A DNA stretch of 64,000 bases from the NCBI GenBank assembly GCA_043824495.1, contig JBDRSV010000015.1, forward strand, positions 32,979 through 96,978. Reading direction: 5' to 3'. The notes beneath the pieces were generated by a model. The model was not told the origin of the DNA. It searched no databases and worked only from the letters and a program-made list of their open reading frames with translations. This document shows positions 46,971-57,688 of the stretch, one piece after another. The translations under genes and the position numbers were made by a program. This DNA comes from Candidatus Aenigmatarchaeota archaeon. GTDB lineage: Archaea; Aenigmatarchaeota; Aenigmatarchaeia; QMZP01. The number at the start of each line of letters is the position of its first letter. The stretch's first letter is position 1.

Positions 46971-48647
46971 ATGAAGAGAATTAAAGCCATCATTTTTGAT
47001 CTTGACGATACTCTATACGACTGTTATGGTACTCTAGCTGATAGTGCTAGAATGCGAGCAGCAGAGGCTATGGTAAACGCTGGTTTACAAGTTTCTAAAC
47101 AAGAGATATATGAAGCTGAAAAGGAAATTGCAAAATCATTCCAGCCAGATCTTTTTACTGAATTGAAAAATAAATTCAATATAACAGACGATAAAATTTT
47201 AGAAGCAGGAAAGAAAGCTTACAACAGTGACGATGTACAAGACATAAAACCATTCGAAGGGGCCATAGAAGTTCTGGATGAATTAAAGAAAGAGTGTAAA
47301 CTTATTCTTTTGACAACAGGTGTTCATTCTAGACAAGAAAAAAAGATCAAGGCTCTAGGTTTGGGAGACAAATTTGATCATATAATAATAAATGACATTG
47401 AAGTCGGCCACACCAAAAGGGAACACTTCATTGAGGTTTTATCTAATCTCGAGTTAGATCCTAGACAGATTGTATGCTTTGGTGATAACCCATTTTCTGA
47501 AATAGAGATAGCCAACAATCTTGGAATAACAAGTATCAGGATGCTCCACGGAAGATTCAAGGGAGCAAGTCCTACAGATATGGCAAAATCAGATTATGAA
47601 ATAACAAATGTCAAAGAATTGCCTGACCTTATCCGAAAAATAGACGAGGAAGATAAACTTAAAATCGTTGCAATAGGTGGCGGAACAGGTTTACCTATAA
47701 TACTTGAGGGGTTGAAGAACCGTAATATTGACATAACAGCCATAGTGACTGTAACTGATAGTGGTAGAAGCTCTGGGGTGCTAAGAAAGGAGCTTAATGT
47801 TTTGCCTCCAGGAGATATAAGAAACTGTTTAATTTCTCTTTCAAATTCAGAAAAACTGATGAGAGATTTATTTCAATATAGATTTGATAATGGATCTCTC
47901 GAGGGTCACAGTTTTGGAAATTTATTGATAACAGTTTTATCCAAGGTTACTGGAAGTTTTGAACAGAGTATAAAAGAAGTGAGCAAAATACTCCAACTTA
48001 AAGGTAAAGTATTACCATCAACTTTGATGAATACTCACATCTGTGCAGAGCTCGAAGACGGAAGAATTGTAGAAGAAGAGTTCAATGTAAGAGAGAGGAA
48101 TAAATCAAGAATTAAAAAAGTATTCTTGAAACCAGAAAATGCAAAACCCGTTTCTGAAGCAATTGTAGCAATAAGAGAAGCTGATATTATTATCATGGGA
48201 CCTGGCAGTTTGTTCACAAGTATTATACCAAATCTCTTGGTGGATGAATTACCAGAAGCTATAGTAAATTCAAGTGCCAAAAAGATATATGTTTGTAACA
48301 TGATGACACAACCTGGTCAAACAGATAATTTCAAAGCGTCAGAACATGTAAAAGAAATAATGAAATATTTAAACAAAACAAAAAAGAATGGTTTAGATTG
48401 CGTCATAATTAATAATAAATTACCTTCAACTGAGGTCATAGAAAGCTACAAGAAAGAAGGAGCCGATATAGTTGAAAATGATCTGGAAGAAATTGATAAG
48501 CTCGGTGTAAATGTTTTACAAGCCGATTTACTGGAAGATCTAAATGCAAAAAGAACAATATGGGAAAAACAAGATCTTTTAAGACATGATTCAAACAAGC
48601 TTACAAAAACTATAATAGATTACGGAAAGAAAAACTCAAGAGTGTGA
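46971..48647 (+). CDS. HAD-family hydrolase fused to a YvcK/GlmR (CofD-like) domain
   Basis: N-terminal FDLDDTL...LTTG...GDNPFSEI; C-terminal VAIGGGTG, TVTDSGRSSG, PPGDIRNC, GPGSLFTSIIPN and RHDS. SD AGGTGA. Confidence 0.88.
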   Translation: MKRIKAIIFDLDDTLYDCYGTLADSARMRAAEAMVNAGLQVSKQEIYEAEKEIAKSFQPDLFTELKNKFNITDDKILEAGKKAYNSDDVQDIKPFEGAIEVLDELKKECKLILLTTGVHSRQEKKIKALGLGDKFDHIIINDIEVGHTKREHFIEVLSNLELDPRQIVCFGDNPFSEIEIANNLGITSIRMLHGRFKGASPTDMAKSDYEITNVKELPDLIRKIDEEDKLKIVAIGGGTGLPIILEGLKNRNIDITAIVTVTDSGRSSGVLRKELNVLPPGDIRNCLISLSNSEKLMRDLFQYRFDNGSLEGHSFGNLLITVLSKVTGSFEQSIKEVSKILQLKGKVLPSTLMNTHICAELEDGRIVEEEFNVRERNKSRIKKVFLKPENAKPVSEAIVAIREADIIIMGPGSLFTSIIPNLLVDELPEAIVNSSAKKIYVCNMMTQPGQTDNFKASEHVKEIMKYLNKTKKNGLDCVIINNKLPSTEVIESYKKEGADIVENDLEEIDKLGVNVLQADLLEDLNAKRTIWEKQDLLRHDSNKLTKTIIDYGKKNSRV

Positions 48648-48651
48648 CAAA

Positions 48652-50046
48652 ATGATTAACTTGAACCCAGAGATGTTTAGAGCATATGATATTAGAGGTA
48701 TTGTAGATAGAGATCTAAGTCCAGAGATAATGGAAGTTATAGGAAAAGCATTTGGCACTTTCTTGCTTAACAAAGGAACAAAAGACGTCGTAGTTGGAAG
48801 AGACAGTAGAGCAACATCAGAGGAATATCAAAAATCCCTTACAAGAGGAATACTATCCACAGGGTGTAATGTTTTTGATGTTGGCTTGACTCTAAGTTCT
48901 GGAGTTTATTTTGCAAGACAACATTTCAAAATAGATGGTGCAGCATATGTGACTGCGAGTCATAATCCTCCACAATATAATGGATTGAAATTGTGTAGTG
49001 GATTAAAATCCATCTCTGATAAAGAAATACAAATAGTGAAGGACATTGCAATATCAGGTGAATTCAAATCAGGACAAGGAGAGGAAAAGAAATTAGATTC
49101 TAACTCCATTTATTTTGAAGAGATACGAAAACGGGTAAACCACAAAAAGAAACTCAAAATTGTAATAGACGCTGGAAATGCTACAGCAGGACCATTTCTT
49201 CCCGATTTTTTAAGAAGTATGGGATTTGATGTAGTTCCTCTTCACTGTGATCTAGATCCAACATACCCTAATCATACACCAGATCCTGTTCACCAAGAAG
49301 CATACAAAGATTTGATAGCTAAGATCAAAGAAGAGAAAGCTGATGTTGGATTACTTTTTGATGGAGATGGGGATAGACTGGGATTTGTTGATGAGAAAGG
49401 TAATATACATTTAGGTGACATCATACTTGGCTTGTTAATAAGAGATATTATTCCGAGAAACCCGGGGAGAAAAGTAATAGTTGAGTTGAAAGATTCTGAA
49501 ATGGTTGTAGATGAAACTAAGAGATTAGGGGGAATCCCAATAATATGGAAAACCGGTCATTCGTTCTTAGACCCTAAAGTACACGAAGAAAACGCTATTT
49601 TATGCGCTGAAATGAGCTGCCATTACTGGATTGTTGACAACTGGTTTATATTTGATGACGCTGTTCATACAGCAGCAAGAGTGTTACAAATAATATCAAA
49701 CTCTGATAAAACTCTATCAGAGCTAGTTGATGATCTTCCAAAATATGTGAGAACACCAGAATACAGAGTTGCATGCCCCGAAGAAAAGAAATTCAAATTC
49801 GTAGAAGAAGTTGTAGAATACTTCAAAACTAAGTGTGACAGATATATTGATGTTGATGGAATTAGAGGATATTTGGAAGATGGGTGGTTCCTTCTACGCG
49901 CATCAAATACACAACCTCTTCTAGCAATTAGATGTGAAGCTAAGACTCAGGAAGGTCTAGATAAGATAAAGTCTATGGTCAAAGAAAAGCTCGATCAATA
50001 CGACTTTGTAAACCTTGATTGGAACAGACAATACGATAAAGAGTAG
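48652..50046 (+). CDS. Phosphomannomutase/phosphoglucomutase
   Basis: FRAYDIRG, TASHNP, FDGDGDR and AEMSCH. Confidence 0.92.
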   Translation: MINLNPEMFRAYDIRGIVDRDLSPEIMEVIGKAFGTFLLNKGTKDVVVGRDSRATSEEYQKSLTRGILSTGCNVFDVGLTLSSGVYFARQHFKIDGAAYVTASHNPPQYNGLKLCSGLKSISDKEIQIVKDIAISGEFKSGQGEEKKLDSNSIYFEEIRKRVNHKKKLKIVIDAGNATAGPFLPDFLRSMGFDVVPLHCDLDPTYPNHTPDPVHQEAYKDLIAKIKEEKADVGLLFDGDGDRLGFVDEKGNIHLGDIILGLLIRDIIPRNPGRKVIVELKDSEMVVDETKRLGGIPIIWKTGHSFLDPKVHEENAILCAEMSCHYWIVDNWFIFDDAVHTAARVLQIISNSDKTLSELVDDLPKYVRTPEYRVACPEEKKFKFVEEVVEYFKTKCDRYIDVDGIRGYLEDGWFLLRASNTQPLLAIRCEAKTQEGLDKIKSMVKEKLDQYDFVNLDWNRQYDKE

Positions 50047-50096
50047 ATTTGAGCTCAACGTTAAGCTTATAAAACTATAAGGAGCATTATATTGTT

Positions 50097-50366
50097 ATGA
50101 AGCTGAAAGTTATTGAAAATAAGAAAGACAAGATGAAGTTGGAAGTTCTTGGAGAATCCCACACACTATTAAATGTATTAAGAGAAAAGGCATGGGAAAA
50201 GGGAGCTCAGCAAGCTTCTTACATGATAGAACATCCTTACCTTTCTGTACCTAAAATAATAGTGATTGGAGCAAACCCAAAGAAAGTTCTTGTAACTGCT
50301 GCACAATCGGTTTTTGACGAAGCAAAGGAATTTGGAGCCGAGTTCAAAAGAGCTATTAAGAGATAA
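50097..50366 (+). CDS. rpoL: DNA-directed RNA polymerase subunit Rpo11 (L)
   Basis: GESHTLLNVL...ASYMIEHP. Confidence 0.85.
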   Translation: MKLKVIENKKDKMKLEVLGESHTLLNVLREKAWEKGAQQASYMIEHPYLSVPKIIVIGANPKKVLVTAAQSVFDEAKEFGAEFKRAIKR

Positions 50367-50807
50367 TTACTTTGATCCGCCGCCTTTTGCTTGCTGATAA
50401 CCAGCAAAGAAAATCAATGCTATTAGAGCTAGCCCTATTCCTGTAACTAAATCAGAATGTATATTCGTTATGGCTGTCAGCACACTCCCTTGACTTGCTA
50501 ACAAAAGTAATATCAATCCTATGACTATAGCTATGAGAGTATAATCTTTTTCTCCTTCTTTACCCTTGAACATCTTGATTACAAAACTTAGGAAGAATGC
50601 TACTATGAAGAATGGTATGGCATATGGGAAAGCCTGATTAATGAAGTCAAGTGCTGGCTGTGACGATATCGTAAAGAATGCGATCACAAGCGCTATTATA
50701 GATTTGACAGCATTATTAGAAAATACACTACTAGCCTCTAGAGCACCATACACTAACGCGAACATAAAAAAAAATGGTAATATCACAGTCGGGTCTAGTA
50801 ACGCCAT
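50367..50807 (-). CDS. Hypothetical membrane protein
   Basis: ILPFFFMFALVYGALE pattern; 4-5 TM. Confidence 0.65.
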   Translation of the reverse strand: MALLDPTVILPFFFMFALVYGALEASSVFSNNAVKSIIALVIAFFTISSQPALDFINQAFPYAIPFFIVAFFLSFVIKMFKGKEGEKDYTLIAIVIGLILLLLASQGSVLTAITNIHSDLVTGIGLALIALIFFAGYQQAKGGGSK

Positions 50808-50937
50808 GTATAATATATTGTACTTATATTCTTAAGAAGACTTGTTTTGAAAATTAAACAACGAGCTTGCCACAAGCTTGTAAGGTTTTTATATCCAAAA
50901 ATTCAATAATTCATATCTTCTAATAAAGGGTTGTAAA

Positions 50938-53900
50938 ATGATTAAAATTGTCAATTCGAGGTATACACCTATATGGATTTTAACAGTCTTAGTTTTTTTG
51001 GCCGCTGTTTCCATTCCCATATTAGCTATCAATAGCCCCTCAGGTGATTTCACTGCGTCTCCCAATACAGTCTATTTCAATTGGACAAGCGGTTTACTTA
51101 ACCTAACTGCAAACGCAAATGACACGCAAATAGCAGTTGTCAATTCAACTGAAACTACTTTCATAATTCCAAATTATTCACAGCACACAAGATATGCACC
51201 TCTTGATTATTCCAATTTGAACGTAGTGATGTTTGATTTATGTTTTGATTCAACTTCATCAGAAAGACAATCAATGGAGTTCAATGTTCATAATACAACA
51301 GTATATAAGAATTCTACTGAAGCACTAAATGCATCTACTTATGAAGAATTTTATTTGGAACCTTATTTAGAATGCCCACCTGGTCAATACCAAGGTAATT
51401 TCTCTGTTAGAAATTTGACTAACACATCAGATACAGCTAATGTTACAGGGGTTATAGACATTCCAATTGGTCCTGATAATACATATATAGAAGCTAATCA
51501 TACAGCATTCTTCAGAGGAAACTTCACTTCAGGAAACAACTATCAAAGATACTACTTATGGACAAATCAATCAGCTAACATTACAGCTGCAGTCATCAAT
51601 CTAAGTGGACTCGCAACAAACTTGGACTTCTTCCTATTTGATAATACAACAGCAAGCACAAACAGTTCTACATCACTCGGAACTCTGACAGAATCAGTTT
51701 ACCAAGAACTTCCTTTAAGTTATCAATTATGGGAAATGAGAATTTTCTCTAACACATCAACATCAGGTTACATTGGTAATGTTTACTTCACTACACTAAA
51801 TATAACAAACACTGATTATAATCAGATAACAACTCTTATCAATTTAGGAACCATTGTCCCAAAGAGCTCTAACACAACATCTTATGGTTTAGTGAATCAG
51901 GATGAGACTGTTCTTAATCTTGTAAATGAGAGCATTGATATTTACAAAATACAAACCTGGGTAAACCAGAATCAGCCAGCTAAAGGATTTTCTTTACTTG
52001 TTCCTAACTTCACACAGAAAATACAAGTCAAAATTTCTTGGGTGACAACTCCAGGTCAGAATGTAACAAATTGGAACCTTTCATTATTTGACAACCAAAA
52101 AGCATTGTTAACGAACTCTTCTACTAGATATCTATCTGCAAACAAAACAAGCGCAACACTAGAAGAAGTAGTTGAATACACTGGTCCTTTCACAACAACC
52201 AATGAAGGTTATTGGAATATATCAGTCCATAACATAACAAACAGTTCACTCATGCTAAGCGTTTACAATCTAACCGCAAAACTCTGGGTAAACACATCTG
52301 AATGGGTGTCAAGCACATACAACCAATCAACAACACTTAATTACACCGCAGGTGTCAACGGGACCTTAAATGTCACACTAAACATGTCCTTACCTACATC
52401 ACGAATCATGAGCGGTGATTACCAAGGCTATGTAGCTTACCAAAACGGTAGTGGATGGCAAAAGAGAGCACCGCTGGACTTTAATGTTAAAGCAGGTTCT
52501 TTGTTAATAAATAATAGTCTCAGAAATTCAACAGTACAACTAAGAGATAATGTTGGTTTCAATAGATTAGGAGCTCAGTCTCTTTACATTAACATATCCA
52601 TGAACAACACTGGTTCATTCCCAATAAATTACAGTACAGTATCTAACCTAAGTTATCTTCAACACATATCAAATGCTAGCGCTTACATAAACTACACTGT
52701 AGATAGTTTCCCAACAAATCTTATAGCAGGTGGGGTGAATGATACAATTGACATAAGCTTCCAAGTAAACACATCTAGGACGCTAAATGCACCTGGTATA
52801 TACAGAGGTTGGATATTATTTAATACTACAAATATTGAAAACACAAGCACAAGTTCATACCCATATGAAACATTCAATCTCACACTAGAAGTTAATTTAT
52901 CAGATAAGATAGATGTTTTTGTATACAGAATTATGTCTTCTAATGATTCTCTTGTATATGGAAATACAATTGCAAATTACACAAGTGCTTCCTTTACTGT
53001 AGCCTTCAGACTTGCAAATGGAACCAACATATCCCAAACTGAGGGTGTTATTGGAATTGGTAATATCAGTTCAATAACAATGACCGAAAACAATAGATCC
53101 AACTCTGTCACATTAGGTAACATCACAGTTGCTCAAGGAAGCGGAATATTCTGTCCTGCTCCTACATGCATAATCAATGCTACTGTCCCACCAAATGTCA
53201 TAGGAGGGATGTATTCTGTAGCAATAACAGCCAGGTGGAACACAAGCAGATTGGATTCCACATCAACAGGATTTAATCTAACAGGAACTGGAATTAATAA
53301 AACTCTAAGAATAAACAACACCGGAATATACATGACTATACTCTCTGGTTCTACTATAACCCAACTAGAAGGAGGGGCAACGAGTTACGTAAATGTAAGT
53401 GTTTTCAATTATGGTCATCAAACAGCTACAGGAACACTAGAACTTCCAACATGGAGCTATGCAACAATAACAGCACACGACGATGGACCAGGTACATGTA
53501 GTTCGGGTAGTCCTGATGACACTTTCACAAGTTTACTTATTCCAGGATATGGAGCACAAGAATGTACGTTTAGATTTAGGGTTGTGGGTAGTGCTGATGT
53601 CAGCGCGGATCAAACAACAACAAAAACAATAGTTTATTCACCTGCTTCTGGAGCATTTAATAATGTAAGTGTTTCTCTAAGAGTAAATGATGATTCTAGC
53701 GGGACCACAACTCCAGGTTCTGGAAGTGGAACAACTGGAGACGAATGTGATGCAAACTCTGATTGTTCAGCTGCTTATTACTGTTCCAGTGGTTCATGTA
53801 ATGCATTGTCATGCAGTGCGAATCAACAAATAGTTAGTCATAAGTGTGTAGATCTTGATTACTCACTAAATATTACAGACTACACCAGTTCTCTACGTTT

Positions 53901-54909
53901 CGTATCTGGAGGTACTAATAGCACAACTCTAACTGTAAAGAGTACAGGATCTGAAGCAACTACACTTGAGCTAACCATAACCATAAACGACAGTATAAAC
54001 TATACAATAGATCCAACAGAGTGTGACCTAATACAAGATGATTCGTGTACATTTGATATTGACTTCACTGATCTAGGAACATCTGGAATAGGAGACCTTA
54101 CAGGTACATACAAAGTAACAGTTAAACAATCAACTAATGTCTCTAAATCAGCTTCATTCACACTCACAATATTACCTACAGCTGAACAAGAGAGTGACAT
54201 AACACAATCATATGAAGAATATATAGCTAGAATAGCTGAATTACAACAACAACTAGCAGAGATAGAAGCAACTGGATTGGTATCAGAAGATAACTTATCA
54301 AAGGTAAAGGTGTTGTTAAACCAGAGTAATGATACCCTGAATAACATAAAGAGTTCAATAGATTCAGGTGATTTCGTAACAGCTGATTCATTGTTAAAGG
54401 ATTTAGAATCCTCAACTAACAGAATAGTTGAAGAGATTGCGAGTCTCGAGAGCGGCGCTGGTATAGCCCAAGATAATTATTGGCAAGACTTATGGTTCTG
54501 GGCAGCAATGGGAGTAATAATAGTTGTTGTTATTGTATTACTTGTTTACATGCTTCTTCCAAGCAAACAAATTCATGGAGCATCTCCGAAAGGATTCAAA
54601 CCTAAAGGGAAATCAGGAGGATCTTTCTGGGATAAGATCAAGGGCTCAGGAAAAACTAAACAGGCTCAGCCTTCTCCTACTCCAACAATACCACCCGTAG
54701 CAACTGAGAAATCTAAACCGATTCCTCCAACACAACCTCAAATGCAATCACAAGGTTATTACAACCAGCAAGGTTACCAAAAAGATGAAAGAAGCCAATA
54801 CAGACAAAAGACATCGACTGGACAAGGATTGAAAGACTTATTCAAGAAGAAAAAAAAGAAGAAAGACCATGAAGTACAAAGAGAATTAGTAGACTTCATA
54901 ACAGAGTAA
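50938..54909 (+). CDS. Large surface glycoprotein (Ig-like domains, Cys-rich module, coiled coil, TM, basic Pro/Gln-rich tail)
   Basis: Signal peptide, dense N-x-S/T sequons, ECDANSDCSAAYYCSSGSC, heptad region, TM WAAMGVIIVVVIVLLVYML and a KKKKKK tail. Confidence 0.75.
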   Translation: MIKIVNSRYTPIWILTVLVFLAAVSIPILAINSPSGDFTASPNTVYFNWTSGLLNLTANANDTQIAVVNSTETTFIIPNYSQHTRYAPLDYSNLNVVMFDLCFDSTSSERQSMEFNVHNTTVYKNSTEALNASTYEEFYLEPYLECPPGQYQGNFSVRNLTNTSDTANVTGVIDIPIGPDNTYIEANHTAFFRGNFTSGNNYQRYYLWTNQSANITAAVINLSGLATNLDFFLFDNTTASTNSSTSLGTLTESVYQELPLSYQLWEMRIFSNTSTSGYIGNVYFTTLNITNTDYNQITTLINLGTIVPKSSNTTSYGLVNQDETVLNLVNESIDIYKIQTWVNQNQPAKGFSLLVPNFTQKIQVKISWVTTPGQNVTNWNLSLFDNQKALLTNSSTRYLSANKTSATLEEVVEYTGPFTTTNEGYWNISVHNITNSSLMLSVYNLTAKLWVNTSEWVSSTYNQSTTLNYTAGVNGTLNVTLNMSLPTSRIMSGDYQGYVAYQNGSGWQKRAPLDFNVKAGSLLINNSLRNSTVQLRDNVGFNRLGAQSLYINISMNNTGSFPINYSTVSNLSYLQHISNASAYINYTVDSFPTNLIAGGVNDTIDISFQVNTSRTLNAPGIYRGWILFNTTNIENTSTSSYPYETFNLTLEVNLSDKIDVFVYRIMSSNDSLVYGNTIANYTSASFTVAFRLANGTNISQTEGVIGIGNISSITMTENNRSNSVTLGNITVAQGSGIFCPAPTCIINATVPPNVIGGMYSVAITARWNTSRLDSTSTGFNLTGTGINKTLRINNTGIYMTILSGSTITQLEGGATSYVNVSVFNYGHQTATGTLELPTWSYATITAHDDGPGTCSSGSPDDTFTSLLIPGYGAQECTFRFRVVGSADVSADQTTTKTIVYSPASGAFNNVSVSLRVNDDSSGTTTPGSGSGTTGDECDANSDCSAAYYCSSGSCNALSCSANQQIVSHKCVDLDYSLNITDYTSSLRFVSGGTNSTTLTVKSTGSEATTLELTITINDSINYTIDPTECDLIQDDSCTFDIDFTDLGTSGIGDLTGTYKVTVKQSTNVSKSASFTLTILPTAEQESDITQSYEEYIARIAELQQQLAEIEATGLVSEDNLSKVKVLLNQSNDTLNNIKSSIDSGDFVTADSLLKDLESSTNRIVEEIASLESGAGIAQDNYWQDLWFWAAMGVIIVVVIVLLVYMLLPSKQIHGASPKGFKPKGKSGGSFWDKIKGSGKTKQAQPSPTPTIPPVATEKSKPIPPTQPQMQSQGYYNQQGYQKDERSQYRQKTSTGQGLKDLFKKKKKKKDHEVQRELVDFITE

Positions 54910-54940
54910 GCAATTTATTCTTCCTTTACATTTTATTTCT

Positions 54941-55249
54941 ATGAGTTTACAGAATGTTCAGGATCAAGTAGATAAATGGATAAAGACCTACACCTCGGGT
55001 TATTGGAAACCCCTAGAAATGATAGCTCGTCTGACTGAAGAGACAGGTGAGCTAGCAAGAGAGATCAACCACGTACATGGCCCTAAAAAGAAGAAAGATA
55101 CAGAGGATATAAAGGAAATAGCTGAAGAGATAGCAGATATAATATTCACTGTATCCTGCCTCGCCAATTCTCTAAGCATAAACCTAGATGACGCTTTCAA
55201 GAAAGTAATGGATAAGTACAACGAAAGAGACAGCAAAAGATGGAAGTGA
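54941..55249 (+). CDS. MazG-like nucleotide pyrophosphohydrolase (YpjD-like)
   Basis: LTEETGELARE...EEIADIIF. Confidence 0.88.
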   Translation: MSLQNVQDQVDKWIKTYTSGYWKPLEMIARLTEETGELAREINHVHGPKKKKDTEDIKEIAEEIADIIFTVSCLANSLSINLDDAFKKVMDKYNERDSKRWK

Positions 55250-55882
55250 TCACTTCTTTATTGCTAAAAGAAGACCATTATCAATCTTGAGAAGTATACT
55301 TTCTAGATCCGAATTATTCTCTACAAACTCTAAAAAATCTTTCATTAGATCAGCATAATCAACAGCATTGTCTGCGACTATTATACCATTTTTCTTTAGG
55401 TAAGGTAAGAGCTTCTTGACGTATTTGAGGTAATTGTGTTTATCAGCGTCCATGAAAATAAAATCAATTTCTTTATCCCATTTGTCTAATTCCTTATCAA
55501 TTTCACCATGAATCTGAACTATACTATCTTCAAGTCCAGTTTTTTTGAAGTTCTCTGCTGCCATTTTTATTTTAGGCTCAAACAATTCCATTGTGTAGAC
55601 CTTACCGCCATTAATCTTAGCTCCCCAAGCAAGCCATATGGTTGAATAACCAGCTGCTGTACCTAGTTCTAGAATGGTTTTTGATTTTGAAGAAACAACA
55701 AGAAACTTCAAGAACTCTGCTGTGCTTCTAGGAACAGACCACAATCGAACTTCATTTTTAGGGGTCCATATTTTTTCGTGACCTTTTGGTATACCCTCTA
55801 TGACCCATTCTTTTGTTAGTTTTTCTAAGTCCTGTGCTACAACATCGAATTTCTTCTCGAAGTCTTTCATAGAATAGAACAC
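55250..55882 (-). CDS. O-methyltransferase (COMT-like)
   Basis: ILELGTAAGYSTIW, DFIFMDADK and IVADN. Confidence 0.88.
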   Translation of the reverse strand: MFYSMKDFEKKFDVVAQDLEKLTKEWVIEGIPKGHEKIWTPKNEVRLWSVPRSTAEFLKFLVVSSKSKTILELGTAAGYSTIWLAWGAKINGGKVYTMELFEPKIKMAAENFKKTGLEDSIVQIHGEIDKELDKWDKEIDFIFMDADKHNYLKYVKKLLPYLKKNGIIVADNAVDYADLMKDFLEFVENNSDLESILLKIDNGLLLAIKK

Positions 55883-57688
55883 CTAATGCCCAAATTCTCT
55901 ATTTTTTAGGATCTCCACAACTCTTGCATATGCTGGTCTTGTTATTAAGATACCCACAAGAATACCTACTATTGTTGTGATTGCGAAACCTCTTACAAGT
56001 CCAATTCCCAAGAACATTAGAGGAACCATAGCAGCTATTGTTGTTAGAGCCGCACCAGCTATAATGAAGAATGCTCTCCTTATATTCTCTTTTACTTCAT
56101 AGTCTCTCTTTTTCTTAGACATGGTTTCATCTGCTATGATTATCTGATGGTCAACACCAGTACCAATAGCAGCTATTATACCACCTATAGCTGGAAGATC
56201 TATGGTCCAGGAAACAAATCCTATTATAGGTAATAATAAAGCTCCTATAGCAACATACATGTCTATAGGTTGCTTCTTCCACCAGGCTAGACCCATTATC
56301 AGTATATTTATCGCCAGCACAATTCCCCATATAGCAACGTCATTAGCTGCTGATATTCCTACTATAATTAGAACTTCTGATAATGCAATGAACACTAGAG
56401 GGACTGAAACCTTTATGCTTCTGTATCTGACAAACACAATTATGAAAACAACTATACCTGCAATTATACCTGCAATAATTGCTGTATCAAAGAAGTCTTG
56501 TCCAAGTGTAGGTGATATAACATCAACTGAAACTGCTTCTAACTTAACTGGCAAAGCTCCTGATCTCAAAACTGTTTGTAGAGTTAATCTCTCTGATTGG
56601 GCTTCTTCGAAAGTTGGTCTACTTCCAGTTATTTGTGGGGATGTATACACTTGACCCTGTAGGCCAGAAGATATTCTAAGGTCTGACACTACTTGTTTAT
56701 CAAGGAATAAAACTATGTTAGCATTAAGATACTCAGATCCGCTGTTTAGATCAAGGAAAGAATCTAATCCCTTTGTCACGTCTGCAAATCTTTGTGCACC
56801 TTCTGGCGAAACAAGAACTGTGAAAAAGAATGAATACCCGTTTTGTAATCGATTTATTCCTGATCTCTGTGGATCAGTGTAAACAAGTTCTACATCATCT
56901 CCGTCATACACTTTTACCATGAATAATGCAGATCCATCTGTTCTATTTACAAACTCCGTTTCCATGTCATACAAAATGAATTTCTCATCTAAACTGAAAA
57001 CTTCTCCATCAACTTCTATAGAATCTTCTGTTAATTTTATTTCATAACTTTCAGGACCAATTTCAAATACACCAACATTATCAATTAAAGGAATTGTTCT
57101 TGTTATTTTAGCTTCGAAGTCACCCTGTCTTGCTAAAAGATTTTCTATAACTTCTTTTCCAACACCTGCTGCTTCAATTTGTACAAGGAATCCTCCCCGA
57201 GAATCTGACAAACTAGTGAATTTCATTTCTTGTAAACCGTAAATATTAGCTCTAGTTTCTAGAGTTGATATTGTCTGTGCAACATCATCCGCTGTTACAT
57301 TATCTCCAATTGGCTCAAGTATTATTCTTGTTCCACCTCTGAGATCTAAACCAAAATTTAGATTAGTTCTTTCAATGTCAGTTGCATCTATACCTAGAGA
57401 TTCATTCTCACCAACACTAAATACCACATTCTGCTTATTCGCAATTGCTATAATAGAACCCTTTATTCCTCGTGTAACAGCATTCCAGTCATCAAGATTA
57501 TTTATAGGCTGCTCATTTATGTTGTTTATTATCATACCTCTATCTATCAAGCCAGCTGCTGGTGAATCAGGAGCTACATAAACAACTTCTATACCATTTC
57601 TTCCATAAGGATATGACTTAAGTCCTATTGAGAATATGGCCCCTAATACCATTACAAGTAGTATCATTAATTTCCAGTATTTCAACAT
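55883..57688 (-). CDS. secD: Protein translocase subunit SecD with N-terminal PDZ-like domain
   Basis: GLDLRGGTRI, LRSGALPV, PTLG, IGTGVD and GFAITTIVG. Start MLKYW at 57688 overlaps the secF stop (TAATG). Confidence 0.88.
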   Translation of the reverse strand: MLKYWKLMILLVMVLGAIFSIGLKSYPYGRNGIEVVYVAPDSPAAGLIDRGMIINNINEQPINNLDDWNAVTRGIKGSIIAIANKQNVVFSVGENESLGIDATDIERTNLNFGLDLRGGTRIILEPIGDNVTADDVAQTISTLETRANIYGLQEMKFTSLSDSRGGFLVQIEAAGVGKEVIENLLARQGDFEAKITRTIPLIDNVGVFEIGPESYEIKLTEDSIEVDGEVFSLDEKFILYDMETEFVNRTDGSALFMVKVYDGDDVELVYTDPQRSGINRLQNGYSFFFTVLVSPEGAQRFADVTKGLDSFLDLNSGSEYLNANIVLFLDKQVVSDLRISSGLQGQVYTSPQITGSRPTFEEAQSERLTLQTVLRSGALPVKLEAVSVDVISPTLGQDFFDTAIIAGIIAGIVVFIIVFVRYRSIKVSVPLVFIALSEVLIIVGISAANDVAIWGIVLAINILIMGLAWWKKQPIDMYVAIGALLLPIIGFVSWTIDLPAIGGIIAAIGTGVDHQIIIADETMSKKKRDYEVKENIRRAFFIIAGAALTTIAAMVPLMFLGIGLVRGFAITTIVGILVGILITRPAYARVVEILKNREFGH

